A DNA stretch of 64,000 nt from contig OZ316897.1 in the NCBI GenBank assembly GCA_973895155.1, positions 522,515 to 586,514 on the forward strand, read 5' to 3'. The notes beneath the pieces were generated by a model that worked only from the letters and a program-made list of their open reading frames with translations, did not search any database and was not told the DNA's origin. Source of the DNA: Marsupella aquatica (taxonomy: Eukaryota > Plantae > Marchantiophyta). Shown here piece after piece: positions 35,300 to 48,960 of this stretch (positions are counted from its first letter, which is position 1; every line of letters starts with the position of its first letter). The position numbers and the translations under genes are program-made.

Positions 35300-38200
35300 T
35301 CAAACCTGGTCCTCATCCTCTCCTCCATTTGACACAATAATAACGTCAGGTTTTTCCGAGATAATGGAACGGGACCGTGGCACATACGGTATAACAACTG
35401 ACCACTCTAGGTCTGGTGGGTACGGAATATAGAAACACTGCTCAAGGTGACTTGGGAATGTAAATGGTTCAAATGTTTGCCAATGAGATGGTTGAAAGCT
35501 AGTTGCTGATGTCTTCCGAGTAAACCCACACTCATCAAGAAGTACCGTGCGATTATCACCAACCAGGTGAATTTTGAACCACTTACACTTGAAGACATAC
35601 TCTTCAAATTTGGAATCGGCATCATAGGATATGATCAAGATCTCCTCAATCTTCCCATAGTGAGGCACCACATCTCTGATCACATTAGTGTCATGACGGC
35701 TACTTTGTGAATCTTGCATGAACTGCCCTTGAACTCCACAATCAAAAGTTCTTCCCCTCTTCTCATCAAGGTCAGAAATCCTGAAATGCCTCCCTTGTGT
35801 CCACATTGCTGTTCTGGTCTGAACAAGTCTTAAAGGACCATGAACAATTGTTCGAACCTCAGGAGTCATATCTGGAAAATGTGATACATTCTCACCTTGG
35901 GCCACCATAGCATCCAACTGAAGTACTTTCTCCTTCATATACTCAAGGAACTTTGGAAAGATCCTTGGGCGACGACTCTCCCTCTTTGCATCCTCATAAA
36001 ACTCTCTCCAATCTTCCATCACATTGCTGTTACTCAACATGAAAGTACTAACCTGTGTCAACTCCACTGCGGTTAGTAAGCGTGTTTTTTTTGCACCTGT
36101 TAAACGGTCCTCCTCCACTTCCCTCTCTTCCATCCAAGTGCGTGGACAACTAGGATCAATGGTAGCTAAGATGTTACTACAATAAAACATACTCTTAGCT
36201 GCCAAGTATCCAGTTGCCATGCTCCCCTCCACTCGTGCATGGTTCCGTACATAAGCCTTTAACACGGCCATATACCTTTCCAGCCAATACATCCACCTAC
36301 AATGCACCGGACCGGCAATGGCAACCTCCCTCACAAGATGAACGAGAAGATGCACCTGACAATCAAAGAAGGAAGGAGGGAAGGCCTTCTCCAACTTGCA
36401 TACCACCTTTGCTGCCAATACCTCCATCCGTGGTATCTCAGATTCTTCATATATTTCCTTTGAGCATATCCATCTCAACAAAGTGCCCAATGACCAAAGG
36501 GCGTCTTGCACTTCTTCACTCCCCAAACCTATGATTGCCACAGGAAGTATATGTTGTAGTAAACGATGATAGTCATGTGTCTTGAGATACATTGGCCATT
36601 TATGACTGTCCTCCATCCCAAAAGCCTTACGTAGATTGGCACCATAGCCTGTAGGAAACCGCATCTGCCCTATGCGTTGTCGAAACTCTCTTCTTTCACC
36701 AACACTCAAAACCCATGGAGCTGAAGGACGATGTTCCATCCCTGTGGATTCATCAACTGTTATCCATACATCTGGATGTCGTTCTAGATCCTGGCATGCC
36801 TCCCTAAAATTAATGTTCTTTTCCCCATAAAAGTGCTTGATCAAAGCCTTCCCAACATTTCCCTCTATATGCATGGGGTCTAACAAGTGATGAATCTTCA
36901 ACTCAGGCCAATAGGGCAAAGTGGCCAGTATACCCCACCTTGTCAATCCACTACCATAAAATCCCATGGCATCTTCAGGGTCTGCCACCCTATCAGCTAC
37001 GGATTTCCAATACAAAAATGTTGTGCGGTCAGGTATCTCACGCTCATCACCATTGATCATGTCAAAGTTTGAAAACAAAAGGGGGTCAGACCTCATGTGA
37101 TGCCCAAGTGGAAGAAACTTGGTATGACCAAGGTAGATTATCTTGTGCAGCCATTTTGAGTACTTGGCCATATCGTGAAGGCTTGGACCACAAGTGGAGC
37201 ATGCCTTGTACCCTTGAGTTTGGAACCCAGAAACAAACCCAAACCCTGCTCACAAAATAACATTCTCAATTAGCGTCAAAGGAATTGAAAAGTTCATGTA
37301 CATAGAATTAAAGAGGGACTTCCTTCCAAACAAACTTGATCTCCAATACATGAAAAAAATACAAATCCATACCACTCACTTGGATAGTCATGCATGGTCC
37401 ACATAATGATTCCCTTCAATTGGAAGACACGTGGTAACCCTCCTGTAGTTGTCCGACCATCATATGCCCATACACCCCCCCATAATTTATGGAGTTCCCC
37501 AACCAAGAGCGCCAAGTAGGTGTCCATGTCTTTTACCTTAGATGGACCTGGGATAATCAATGATAGCAATAAGAATCCCTTTTTCATGGACAACCATGGG
37601 GGAAGGTTGTAATTCATAACAACCACCGGCCAAACCGAAGTAGGGCGCCCTTTCCCTCCAAGGGAGTGTGGGCTTACCCCATCTGATGCCAACCCCAACC
37701 TCACATGACGAGGGTCACGTGCAAATTCTGGCCATTGTGACTCCACATGCTTGTGAGCAGGGGAATCAACTGGCAACCGCATGACACCAGCCTCTGATCG
37801 ATGTGTCTTATGCCATACCATCAATTCTGCCAAGTCAGAACATCGGTACATGTGCAACAATCGAGGAATAATAGGAAACCAACGAACAGCTTTTCTAGGC
37901 ACCTTTGAGGTCAACATGTTGGTTTCATATCGAGGCTCTTGACAAATTGGACACTCAGTTGCGCTGGCATTGGTCTCATGATAGAGAATGCAATCATTCA
38001 CACAAGCATGAATGATATGGTATTCCATGCCAATGGATGATAGAACCCTCTTTGCCTCCTTCCAAGTTCCTGGCAACACATTTTCACTAGGTAACAAGAG
38101 ATCATGGCAAATTGCAAACAAATCCGATAGTAGCGCATTGCTTGCCTTGTGTTTTGCCTGAAGATTCATCAATGCCAAGATGGCAGATAGTCTATTCAAA

Positions 38201-39726
38201 CGAGCACCCCCATAAATAGGTGTTCTAGCATGTGCCTCAGCTTCTTCCCATTGTTTTTGTCCTTCAGGTGTACGTTGAGGCCTTGGATCATGTGCAACAT
38301 TTGGTGGAGGGTCTCCTTCATTGGGTGGGACACCTCCTTCACCACCAATGTCTACACCAAACCAATCTGTCATGAAGTCATCCATGGCTGACTCTTGGTC
38401 TTGCATGACCTCATAATCTGTCCGAGGTGCCCCTTCATCTGGACTGTCATTATCATTGTCACTTGATGAGGAATCTGCTGATGATGTTTCCCCATCTTGT
38501 GGCAAGCCCATTTCTTGATATGTAGCTCTCAACCTCCTTGGCAACATATCTTGACTAGGCCGCACATTCTATAGAAAATACAATAAAGTATTCACAATGA
38601 AATTAACGCCAAATATAGTAGTGCTCGAAACATATTATTAACAATATAAAAAGAACATGTCATTACAAAACATACGTTCACATACGATGAACGTATAATA
38701 CATGTCCCTAAAGTAATCCTAATCCCATTCATAATGTGTAAACAACTCCTCTCCAACCAGAATGGTCCTATTAGCTACAACTAGACAATGGTCATGATGA
38801 TATCTCTGCCCATAAGGGGCTGGAGGGGGACCATCAACAAAAACCCATTCACAGTTTTTCCTACGCTTAGGCCGGGTCCCCACAGTACTGTTGATGAAAC
38901 CGGCAATATTCCCACTACGGATGGGATCACCATCAATTATACGCTGGTCACAATACTTTCTGGTGCAACCATCAAAAGTATCCATGTCCAATGCATAAGT
39001 CTTCCACTCAGGGTGTCGAACTCTTGACAACCCAACGTCTTCCCCAAACTTCTATCTCCTCACCATAGGTTATATCACATGGCAAACCAAGGCACTCCGG
39101 GTTCCAATCCTTTATGATAGGAACACACTTCCCTGTGAAGGTACAAGGGCCCCATCTACCATCAACCCTACAAGTGTACTGATCCACTTCCCCTCTAGGC
39201 TGTCTTTTTGACCTTTTTTTTCCCTCTTGTAACAATACCGTCACCCTGAATTGTCCCAACACTACCTTGCCCTGCTGCCACTAAACAAAAAGCTTGTGAA
39301 AGTGCCGAGCCTATAGCATCTAGAACTCCTTGTGAGGGAACATAGGGTGTTGGTGTAGTGGGTGTAGGCCTACTAGATACCTATAGGAAGAAATGGAACC
39401 AAGTGAGTGTGATGAACCTCCCAAATTTTATTTTATGCTACCTAGCAAGATTTACAAAATAAAATGGAAATCACAGTAAGTTTACAACTCACCATACGAG
39501 ATGAAGAAGCTCCCGGTGTAAGACCTCGATGTTGGCCATATCGAGCAATGTGCTCCGCACATACATATGACTTTTGGACAACCATCCCCACACATTTTTT
39601 ACAACCACAAAGTTGGCGTGGTGGACCACTAGGTCGACGTACGGTTGGTTCAGGTTGAGGAGGAGGATGACTTTCTTCATCGGAAGAGGAATCTGATGTG
39701 GTGGAAGTTGTAGAGGATGAAGACAT
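35300..39726 (-). CDS. CACTA TnpD-like transposase (Transposase_21 + DUF4218 + DUF4216 type); exons 39726-39493, 38568-37380, 37245-35300 (~1122 aa)
   Basis: IHACVNDCILY, ECPICQEPRY, RHVRLGLASDG, NYNLPPW, MHDYP, GYKACSTC, LDPMHIEGNV, LKTHDYH, HLLVHL, RWMYWLERYM, FKCKWF; GT-AG junctions restore one continuous frame. Confidence 0.9.
38719..39280 (-). pseudogene. SET-domain exon of CACTA copy A (155-bp internal deletion)
   Basis: IDGDPIRSGNIAGFINS...KNCEWV...LVVANRTILVGEELFTHY; deletion relative to copy B positions 62985-63139, bounded by gttcgac/gttcaac. Confidence 0.8.
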
Positions 39727-40159
39727 CTGACAAGTATAGCAATTGGAAGGCGATTAGTAAAAACTTCACCAAAACCATCATTGATAATCCCTACCTAAAC
39801 ATATTAAAAAGAATTGACAGAAAAATACCTTTATGAGACCCGGGCTTAGCAATGCCTTGACGGATCTTGTGGCTCAAATTTCATGAACCAAATTTGGAAG
39901 GAGGGGAAAATCTGCCAATATACAATGAATTAAGCCATGCCTTATGGTGAACCAGAAAAAAAGGATGATAGATTGTAACCCTCCATATTTACAGCAATGA
40001 CTAGAAATGCATGAGAAAATGTTATACCTTTCAGATGCCCGGGCTCTCGCAAGGCATTATCATGCATTAGCCAAAACTTTAAAAAATATGGGGAAGTGCC
40101 CTACAACGCCAAAGAGTTTTCCTCTCCATGTTAATGAGATAGACAAAGAAATATAAGTA

Positions 40160-41100
40160 ACCCAAACCCTACCCTAAACCCAAACCATGAAATGAAACCC
40201 TTCATTAAAACCTAACCCAAATCCCTCAATCACCCTAAACCCTTACCCTTATCCTAACCAATACCCAAATCCCTCATTAAAAATTCAAACCTTTACCCTA
40301 AACCCAAACCCCTACCCTAAACCCAAACCATGAAATGAAACCCTTCATTAAAACCTAACCCAAATCCCTCAAGCACCCTAAACCCTTACCCTTATCCTAA
40401 CCAATACCCAAATCCCTCATTAAAATTTCAAACCTTTACCCTAAACCCAACCCAAATCCCCCAATTACATATAAAACTCTTACCCTATCTACACCTTACT
40501 TTACCTATATAGGCCAACCCCCACCCCTATAGTTATTCTAAACTTCACCCTAACCCCTAAATTGAGGCCCTTTTTTAAAACTTAAGCAAAAATTGTACCC
40601 CCTCAATTAGAACCAAATCCAACCCTATATCATGTTACACCCCAACCCAAACACTTACATTAGAAACCCAACCCCTTTAAAAAAACCACAATTAAACCCC
40701 CCAACTAAAAACCAAACCCAATCCCTTTAAAAAACAACCACAATTCAACCCCTCAACTAAAACCAAACCCAACCCCTGTAATTACTCACAACCTAATGCA
40801 AACCTCTACCTTGAACCCTAAGCCAAACCCATTAATTTAAACCCAACCCTTTTATTCCAACCTAACCCAAGTTTTAACCCCCTTAATTAAACCAAATACT
40901 CCTAGATTAAAACCAAATATAAACCTAACCTTTAATTAAACCCAAACCTTTGTTAACTTATATTCTAGTTATCCTTACAACCCAAACATCCATTGACACC
41001 CCTTCCATGTTAACTTATGGGCACTTAACATACCTTAAATGTCGTTTGACAAACCTTAATAGCCGTTTGACACCCCAAAGTGTTTTCCAACCCTAAACCG
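40160..41100 (+). repeat. C-rich degenerate telomere-like (CCCTAAA/AAACCC) tract between the divergent CACTA genes, with a ~143-bp duplication
   Basis: Dense aaaccct/ccctaaa/aaacccaa motifs; mirrored in copy B at ~60900-61840. Confidence 0.8.
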
Positions 41101-41443
41101 ATAAGACCTGCCTCGCAAATTATTTCACAAGTTAGAGAATATTTTTGCGAACCTACGACCTTCGCACTTGCTTCGCAATAACAGAGGCCGAGAACAATTT
41201 TTTGGGTCTTCTGCGGGTTGCGATGGCTTTGCGAAGGGAATAGATTCGGAAGTGCCTCGCAAGTTGCGAGACTATTTGCGAGGGCACGGGCTTCGTAGTT
41301 TCCCATGCGTATGTCATTGCAAACCCGTTTTTGAACGGCGTAAACATCGGCGGGAGCTCGCATTCGGGCTCATTTCAGTTTTTGAGCGAGACGAGAAGGG
41401 CCGGGGCGCAACAGTACGAGGGAGACTGTGAGAGAGGGGAGCT

Positions 41444-43489
41444 ATGGCTACCGGTGAGGGGAGTGGAGGGCAAGGTGGTAGTGGTAGTGGTAGTGGCAAT
41501 GGGGGAAATCCAGAGAATGAGAAGAATGCCTGGGCAGACTTAGTGGCCCAACATCTCAGTGCTGCACAATTGGGAGAAGTGAATCTCAATTCTCCAGCAG
41601 GGCTTGCCTCTTTGAGTGCCATTCTTGGACAGGTTTTGCAAACTGGGATTGTAGCAGGACAAGCTACTAGAGAGGGGGAGGAGAGGGCCGCAGCTGAAGA
41701 GAAGGCTAGAGAGAAAAAAAGGAAGAGAGAGGAAAGAACTAAGTCGGGAGTTGCCTCTCCTCAAGCCCTAGAGAAGCAGAAGAGAAGAGAGGAGAGAGAT
41801 TCAATTCGAAAACAGAGGGAGGAGCAACGTCAGAAAGAGGAAGCAAGAAAAAAACTTCCATTCATTGCCTTGGAGACGAGTGGGACTCCAACTGAGCTAG
41901 CATATGCAGGGGCTAAGAGCACAATCAAGCAGATTATCACAAGCAATTTCTCACGAGGCATGCAGTGGGGGAAGATTGAGAAGGCAGAGCGAAAGAGGGT
42001 CATCAACCAAATCAAGGATGCATTTTGCAATGGGCCTGACATAGATGAGCAATGGTTGGCAGATAAGATTTCAAATTCTATGTCTCAAATGCGATACCAT
42101 GACAGGATGAAGATTAGAGCCCACCTGAAAGACTTGAGATCATACAGGAACTTGCGCAGACCCCTCCACTTCACCGAGGACATCTGGAATTTGTTTTACA
42201 AGATTGAGGTGCAAATTAAGGCAGCTCACGAGTTGGAAGAGTGGAAGGGCAATCTAGATCGAGCCTTGAAAGCAAAGGAGGCCGGGAAGCTCCCCCCTAA
42301 CCACGACCTGAAGCCACTTGAGCAGAAGGTAGCTGAGATGCAGAAGGTGGCCGACCAGGAGGGAAAGCCACCCAAGCGTTTCACAGATGCAGCCAAACGA
42401 GTGAAATCCACCCCCAATCCAGTCCACAAGTTGGGTCAAGGCGGGCTCCCCGGCCTCAAGACACACTTTGTGAGTGCCTCTTGCTCCTCCCTAACCTCTC
42501 TATTCCTTTCAGAGTTGTGCAATGCAAGTGAATGACATCCCCGAAGGTTCTTGCTGTTGTGCATGCTTGCTTGGTTACTAGTTTAGGGCAACTCTGACAC
42601 TTAGAATTTCTGGCAAATTTTTAAAAACTCTCGGGAACACATTTTGCGAAGGTGTTGCGATGCGTATTTGTTCGCAAACCCCTCGCAAAGTCTATCATAG
42701 ACTTTTTCCATTTCAATTTTCCGATGCCTTTGCGAACAAATATGCATCGCAAACTCCATCGCAACGCCTTCGCAAAAAAAGGTGGTTCGCAAGTTGCTAT
42801 GCTTATAGGTTCGCAAATTTGAATTTTAAATTTTTTTTGGGTCATGTTTAGTAGTTGAGGATTTAGGCGTCACTTGTGGCTATAGGGTATGCTTAAGGGC
42901 AAATTTAACCAATTTTAATTGGTTTTATGCATGGCAGTATCGGAGGTACAAAAGGAAGATATCAAAAAAGCATATTGAGGTGGCGATAGAGCATGGACGA
43001 AAGTACCTCTTTGCGATGGTAGATGCCGAGTTGGCTACTGTAAGTGTCTAAGTGTGAACCATATGATTAGCATGCGAACATTGTGAGTGACCCTTTATGT
43101 CTTGCGGAAACTAATGATATGTAATGGATGCAGGATTCGGATGAGCCTGAGGGGTCGGGTGCTGATGTGACCAGTAGTGATGACGATGAGGGGGCTACTC
43201 CTGGTACTAGTGGTGCTCGGGGGGGAGTAGTCGTGAGGTAGGTTCTTCCCACCGTGGTAGTGGTGGTAGTCGTGTGTCATCAGCACACGTTGATGACCAG
43301 GGGGAGGAGGAGGACCCTGAGGATGAGGAGGAGGAGCAGGAGGGGCAGGAGGAGCCAGAGGAGCAGCAGGAGCAGGAGCAGGAGCGCCGACGGCCATCAC
43401 GCACCCGTCACCAACAGGATCCCCGGAAGGATAAGGGCAAGAAGCCAGCCAAGAAGCCAACCAAGAGGAGCCGCAAGAGCCCATTCTAG
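41444..43489 (+). CDS. CACTA accessory (TnpA/ORF2-like) protein; exons 41444-42469, 42938-43039, 43134-~43489 (frame break at a G7 run ~43219-43225)
   Basis: Coiled-coil N-terminus, W..I...ER....I helical region, HKLGQGG motif typical of En/Spm accessory proteins, GT-AG junctions, acidic/basic tail. Confidence 0.7.
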
Positions 43490-45233
43490 TTATTTTGTAG
43501 AGATACATGCATGAGAGTGACTTGTCATGCCGGAGCTTAGGGTAGGAAGAGGCAGCATAGGTTTAGAAGGGCGGACCTAGCATCAGATATTTCCCCCCTC
43601 TTGTCCATGTATAGGGTTCTTTGAAGCCCTATCATTTTGTTCATGCTTTTCCATTTTATAAAACAACAATTTTGCCTTCCACATTGGGTTCCAAGGAAAA
43701 CCCCTCGCAAATAATGTATTGAATCCTGTGTGATCATAATTTTGCGAACCCTTTAAGAACTCATTCCCATCGCACAATATTAACCCCAAGGCGTCGTACT
43801 TTTTGAGTCAATTAACTTCAGAACTTCAGATCCAAATATGTTGGGTTTTTGTGATACTTCTAGGATCGCACTTTCCTAATCGCAACCGTTCACAAACTTC
43901 TGAAATCACCGGTATCGCTCTTTGTCATACAATCCCCATCAAAACAATTGAACCAGTATCAATCGCAAATATGATGCGATGGTAAATCCGTCTCAAATAT
44001 TGACGCCCACGCGGGACGTGTGCGTGTATGTTTGCGAACCTTATGCGACGTATAATGGATCGCAGAAGTATTGAATATTGCGAACCTCTCAGCTTCTCAG
44101 TTTGCCATGATGTTGCGATGCCGTTGCGATGGTCCGCGTGCGAAGTTATTAGGTTCGCAAAGTGCGAAGGGGGTGCGATGCGCGTATGTTCGCAATAGCC
44201 AGAATTATGAAAATCAGGGGCTTGTTAGTTGTGATGAGATTGTCTTCGCAAAACGGGCCGATAGTGTTGTAGTGGATAACAATTTTTGGGCACTGTATTT
44301 TCAATGAGAACTGGGGAAATATCCCAGCACATACTTTAGATTAACAAAAGCACTGGGGAGGAACCTCTGGCCGTAGACAACTGATGGTCCTGTGTGTCTA
44401 CAAAGCATTGTAACAAAATGAGGTGGCTACTTGAACACTACTGCCAAAGATTGGGTCCAGCAGGAAGACACTATCGTGGTGTCGCTTCAATCCTCCCACC
44501 AGCTCGGCTTGTATGCGTCGGAGTTGTTGTTGGAGTCGCTAGAACCAACGCCCCAGCGAAACCCACCCCAGTTGCCAGACGAGTCATCGGTCGACCCCGA
44601 GTGGTCGCTCTGCTCCTCCTCCTCACCCAAAGAACTTTTGGCCGGGCCATGTGACAGATGGGAGGTCAAAACCTTTGCCATTGATCTAAGGAGAATGTGC
44701 GCTGAGGGTGGCACCTCCACTTTACACTGAAAAGGAGTATTTGCAGTCAAAGGAGTCGGTCGGGTCTTGACGATTGCTTTCCCCTTGGCCGTGATCGGGA
44801 CTGCCATTACTCGAGTTGAAGGCATCGCAATGGCCTTCTCCAAAGCGCCTTTGCTAGCAATCTTGCTAGCAAAGGTCACCTTTCCCTTCCCCTTCGCTCA
44901 TGGCGGAGCCATCAGAGTAATCAAAAGTTCACCCTAAACTCCTCAATTGAAAGCGGAGCGGTGAGCGGAAATGTGAGCAGAGTGCTTTGTGCAAACAATT
45001 GTGACAGAGAGAATGAGAAATGAAGGGCGGAAGAGACGGCCAACTGGTTTTGGAGGCAAAGCTCAGGCGTTCCGAAGTGCATATGGATGTCTGAGATGCA
45101 CCGGGAAAGACGACTCATATGCATCGGCCGATATTTGATATCTATTGTGCGTGACAAATTTATTGTACACGTGCGAATTGGGACTGAGTCATGAGTTCCG
45201 TATGCACAGCCAGCCAGGACATATTCCGTACAC

Positions 45234-45541
45234 GAAAGTAGCGCCAGGCGCTATTATGTTCGACCCACATTCGTGCTTCTATTATTGTTGTGTTGGTCGT
45301 CCACAAAAGTAGCGCCAGGCGCTATTATTTTTGACCCACATTCATGCTTACTTTGTTGATGTGTCCTCCGTCCATGAAAGTAGCGCCAGGCGCTATTATT
45401 TTTGACCCACATTCGTGCTTACTTTGTTGATGTGTCCTCCATCCATGAAAGTAGCGCCAGGCGCTATTATTTTTGACCCACATGCGTGCTTACTTTGTTG
45501 ATATGTCCTCCGTCCATGAAAGTAGCGCCAGGCGCTATTAA
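45234..45541. repeat. 71-bp tandem array (4+ units) built on the palindrome TAGCGCC-A-GGCGCTA
   Basis: Palindrome at 45239, 45310, 45381, 45452, 45523 (exact 71-bp period). Confidence 0.95.
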
Positions 45542-45737
45542 TCTATGGACCTGTCAGTTTGTTAAATACATCCATTAAAAAATGACACAAAAAATTGATT
45601 TACGTTGTCCAAACGCTTAACGTATCTTTCTTTGTCATTATCCAATATTCATCTTTATTGACGTTATTAACCTCGTATATCAAACGAACCTGAAACCGAA
45701 AGGCTAAGTGAGGCATCCATTATTGTCTTCCGCTGAA

Positions 45738-48700
45738 ATGGGACGATCCATCATAGTTACACGCAAGGACACGCGGGATGTCATCACAATTGTCCTTCCC
45801 CCTGAATCTCAGTCCAGAAGAGTTTCCGATGAATACCTAGGGATCAAATTTGATGTTTCCAAAGAGTGTATTCTCTCTGTCTCCCTTATCACTAAGCATT
45901 CAAAAGGAAGTACCATCTTCTACATTGTTGTTGATGGTCTTTGTTTCTGGACGATGTACCCAGATAAAGAATACGAGGTCTTTGTTTTGGAAGACTCACA
46001 AGCATTGGCAGATCCATGTCTTGTGTCCGGTGGTGTCGATATTGTCAATATCTCAGACACTTTGGAGGACGAGGGAAAACAATCGCCCCTTTCATTTGAT
46101 GTCCCAAAAAGGGTCCCAATGGATCCCTTGGTTGTGAAGATGGAGGTCCGCGAAGTCCTAGTTGTCTATCGGCAAAGTGCGATGGATACTCTTCTCAAAT
46201 CAAAGGGGCATAGCGAGTTATCCATTTCATTAGGGAGAAGGAATGCACGCATCAGATAGTTCCTAGTCTCTCGATGACGTACAACGGGAATGTAGTTTTT
46301 GAGTTGCCTCCAGTCGATTGCGTCAATTCAAAAGGGAAGCGGCTGAAGGACATGGACCGGGGGAAGGATTGCTATTACTGGACGCGCATCGTGAAAACAT
46401 CTGCAAATGTTTTACCAAAGAAGATGTGGGATTTTGGAAAGGTTCAGTGTACCGGTTCACTTGAATGTCGGAACAACTCTTGTCAACTCTGGAGAGACAA
46501 AAAGACTCGGAACAACCAGGTTTGGGCAAGAACACCGAAACTCTCAGGACCCTTCCGAGTTGGGGAACTGATTCCCAAAGGTGGTATTGTTTGTCACCAC
46601 TGCTTTGAACCTCCGATGTGTACCACGTCGTGTCCGGCAATGATGTTCTACATGTATCCTTCAGCGAAAGTGGATTCAACACATTTGGCGTTTATGTCCC
46701 GGCTGGCTGTGCACATGGGATTCCACAACCATCCTAGTGGTCGGGTGTGGTTGAGAGAGACTGAAAAGGTTGCTAAGACTCATCTTACAAAGGAGTTCCA
46801 GGCGAATCTACGAGCTACGCCTGCTGGGATAAAGAATGCGGCGACAGACTCTTTAACCAATGCCCTATGTGAAGATTCCATCAAAGAAATGTCATTGGAA
46901 GAGGAGAAGGAGATATGGGAGTCCCTAATGGTTGTTGCTACCCCACAAAAATTTGCCTCTGTTCTGCGAAGTGTGAGACAGGACCAGAAAGGTAAAGGAG
47001 AGCTGGAATATTTGGTGCGGATGCAAAAGTGTGTGAGACTTCCATTTCTGCATAGGTATTTGCTTCCAGGCCAAGGTTGTCGAGATGAAAGTGCTCACAT
47101 CTTCAAGATGACCGTGAAAGGGGAAGGATCTGGGATCGACCTTCTCCGGAAAATGAAGCCTGGTGGTTCCCTGGAGGGGTCATGGGTGAGTTTCAACGTC
47201 ATGCACAGAATTACATCAGACTGGCTAACCTTTAGTGTTCATGTATATGATCATCATTATCGGGCACTTTGTACAATTTTCACTTGTGAGTTGAAAGCTG
47301 AAGACACCAAGTCCTTAGAGAGAGCTTGGCGACTGATGATAGAAGTTGCGAGTGAAAATGGTCTGGATAACATTCAAATTCGAGGATTCATGGCTGTCAA
47401 TGCCCAGGCGGGTTGGAATGCGGTGAGAAATGTTTTCTTTCATGGGATACCAGATCCTGACCGAGAACGATCGGACGCATTTCATTTTTATCAATCATTT
47501 CATAGGCATTCATGCGAAGGCATTCCAGATGGAAAACTCGAAGAACACAAGAAGTTGTGGGACGGTCTTCGTAATGCAAAGACTTTTTTGGAGACATATC
47601 GGATATCAAGAGAGATTGATGACTGGTGGCGAGCTGGAAATTGCCATCAAGGGAAGCTTTGAATGTTGCAAGGGTGGCTCTCATGGTGGGTGGTCCGTTG
47701 GAGATAGTGGGGAAACTTCATAAGACTGGTAAGTCAATTCCTCGATTCAGGATAGTATTTTGAGGATGCCAATAATAGCGCCTGGCACTAGTATGCCGGA
47801 GGGTCATTCCAAGTCCGATGGCCTCGTCTGGTATACTAGCGCCAAGCGCTACTATGTCGGAGGGTCATTCCAAGTCTGATGGCGTCGTCCGTTATAGTAG
47901 CGCCAAGCGCTAGTGTGAACAACACAATTTTTAGACTTCAAACATGACATTCATGCAAGAAATTTAATAGCGCCAGGCGCTACCAACAATTAGAGTATAT
48001 ATAGCTTACAAACACTCACAGTTGACGCAAATTACTGTCTATGTGCTAAGTAGATTTATTCATTTCCGGTGACAGAGCAAGAGTGCTGAGGAGGCAGGTA
48101 TGATTCCAAATTGTACAGGTTTGGAATCAGTGCATGCAGGCATGAAGGCGTGGCAAATGAAGAAACGGGTTGGCCTCATGGAGGGATGCAAAACCGACCA
48201 AAACCGAGCCGTATGTCAGATTGCAGCTTACATTGCATACGGTCAAGGACTACATCGGGGAACTGGACCCACTATCTTTGAGCTGGCTTTCAGATCTGCG
48301 GACATGACTGGGTCTCCACGTCTATTTGAAGAAGCTACCAATCTCCTTCTTTCCAACACAGTTGAATTTGATTTGGAAAGAACTGTTCCATTGAATGGAG
48401 ACGTCATAACTTGATCGGTGAAACGAAAAGGTAATGCGAGTGGAAATGTCTTGGCACAAGACTCTCACAGGCATGACACTATCCTTGTGACTTCACCAAA
48501 TACCAGGGGTTTGAAGAGGAGAAACCTCCATTCCACAGACTTTGAGAAGATGTCTTCCACACCTTCTGGTGGTGGAAGTGCAGTCGTGAATTTGTCTCAA
48601 ATTGAGAGTGAAGATTTTGAAGAGGTCATCATCCTTGAAACACCCTCACGTCGAACGACAAGATCTACTGTTCCTCCCATTATACATGAAGCTGAGGCCG

Positions 48701-48960
48701 CGCCTGAAGAATGTCTTCTCCCGTTGAAAAGTGACGTAGCTCCAGGTCTTTGGCAGCTCCGACGCACTTCAAAACGCAGTGCTGGTCCAGCTTGCAATGG
48801 GACGCTCGGTTGGAGAGGGAGCTGCGATGAATGTCAAAATTGAGTAAAGAAGACTGGGTTTCCAAACCCAGAAGGAGTTGTTGCAATATCTGTAAGAGGA
48901 TGTAGACTTTTTAGAGGAGAACCTCATCCTGACCAGATATGGTTTTGCCCAAACAACAAA
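45738..48960 (+). pseudogene. Mutator-like (MULE) transposase with GCM-type zinc DNA-binding domain, disrupted; intron ~47728-48075
   Basis: YNGNVVFELPP, CTGSLECRNNSC, CHHC..P..C...CPA, HMGFHNHP; core SF(N)VMHR, GFMA(V)NAQAGWNAVR, AFHFYQS, WLSWW, LESVHA; frameshift ~46250 and stops at 47660, ~47703 and 48412. Confidence 0.75.
47776..47982. repeat. Four intronic copies of the TAGCGCCNGGCGCTA-type palindrome (three at 61-bp period)
   Basis: tagcgcctggcacta 47776, tagcgccaagcgcta 47837 and 47898, tagcgccaggcgcta 47968. Confidence 0.85.

Larger units (their letters stand above)
34544..44274 (-). mobile_element. CACTA/EnSpm DNA transposon, copy A (9.7 kb)
   Basis: Termini CACTACTACA... and ...TGTTGTAGTG; numerous ttcgcaa/ttgcga subterminal motifs; encodes a TnpD-like transposase; flanks AAA and GAT do not match as a TSD. 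Confidence 0.95.

Noticed and set aside
40160-41100. True telomere or interstitial fusion scar
   Set aside because: Highly degenerate and internal to both CACTA copies
45234-45541. CRISPR-like array (palindromic repeat at regular spacing)
   Set aside because: The intervening sequences are near-identical rather than unique spacers; eukaryotic TE context; no cas genes
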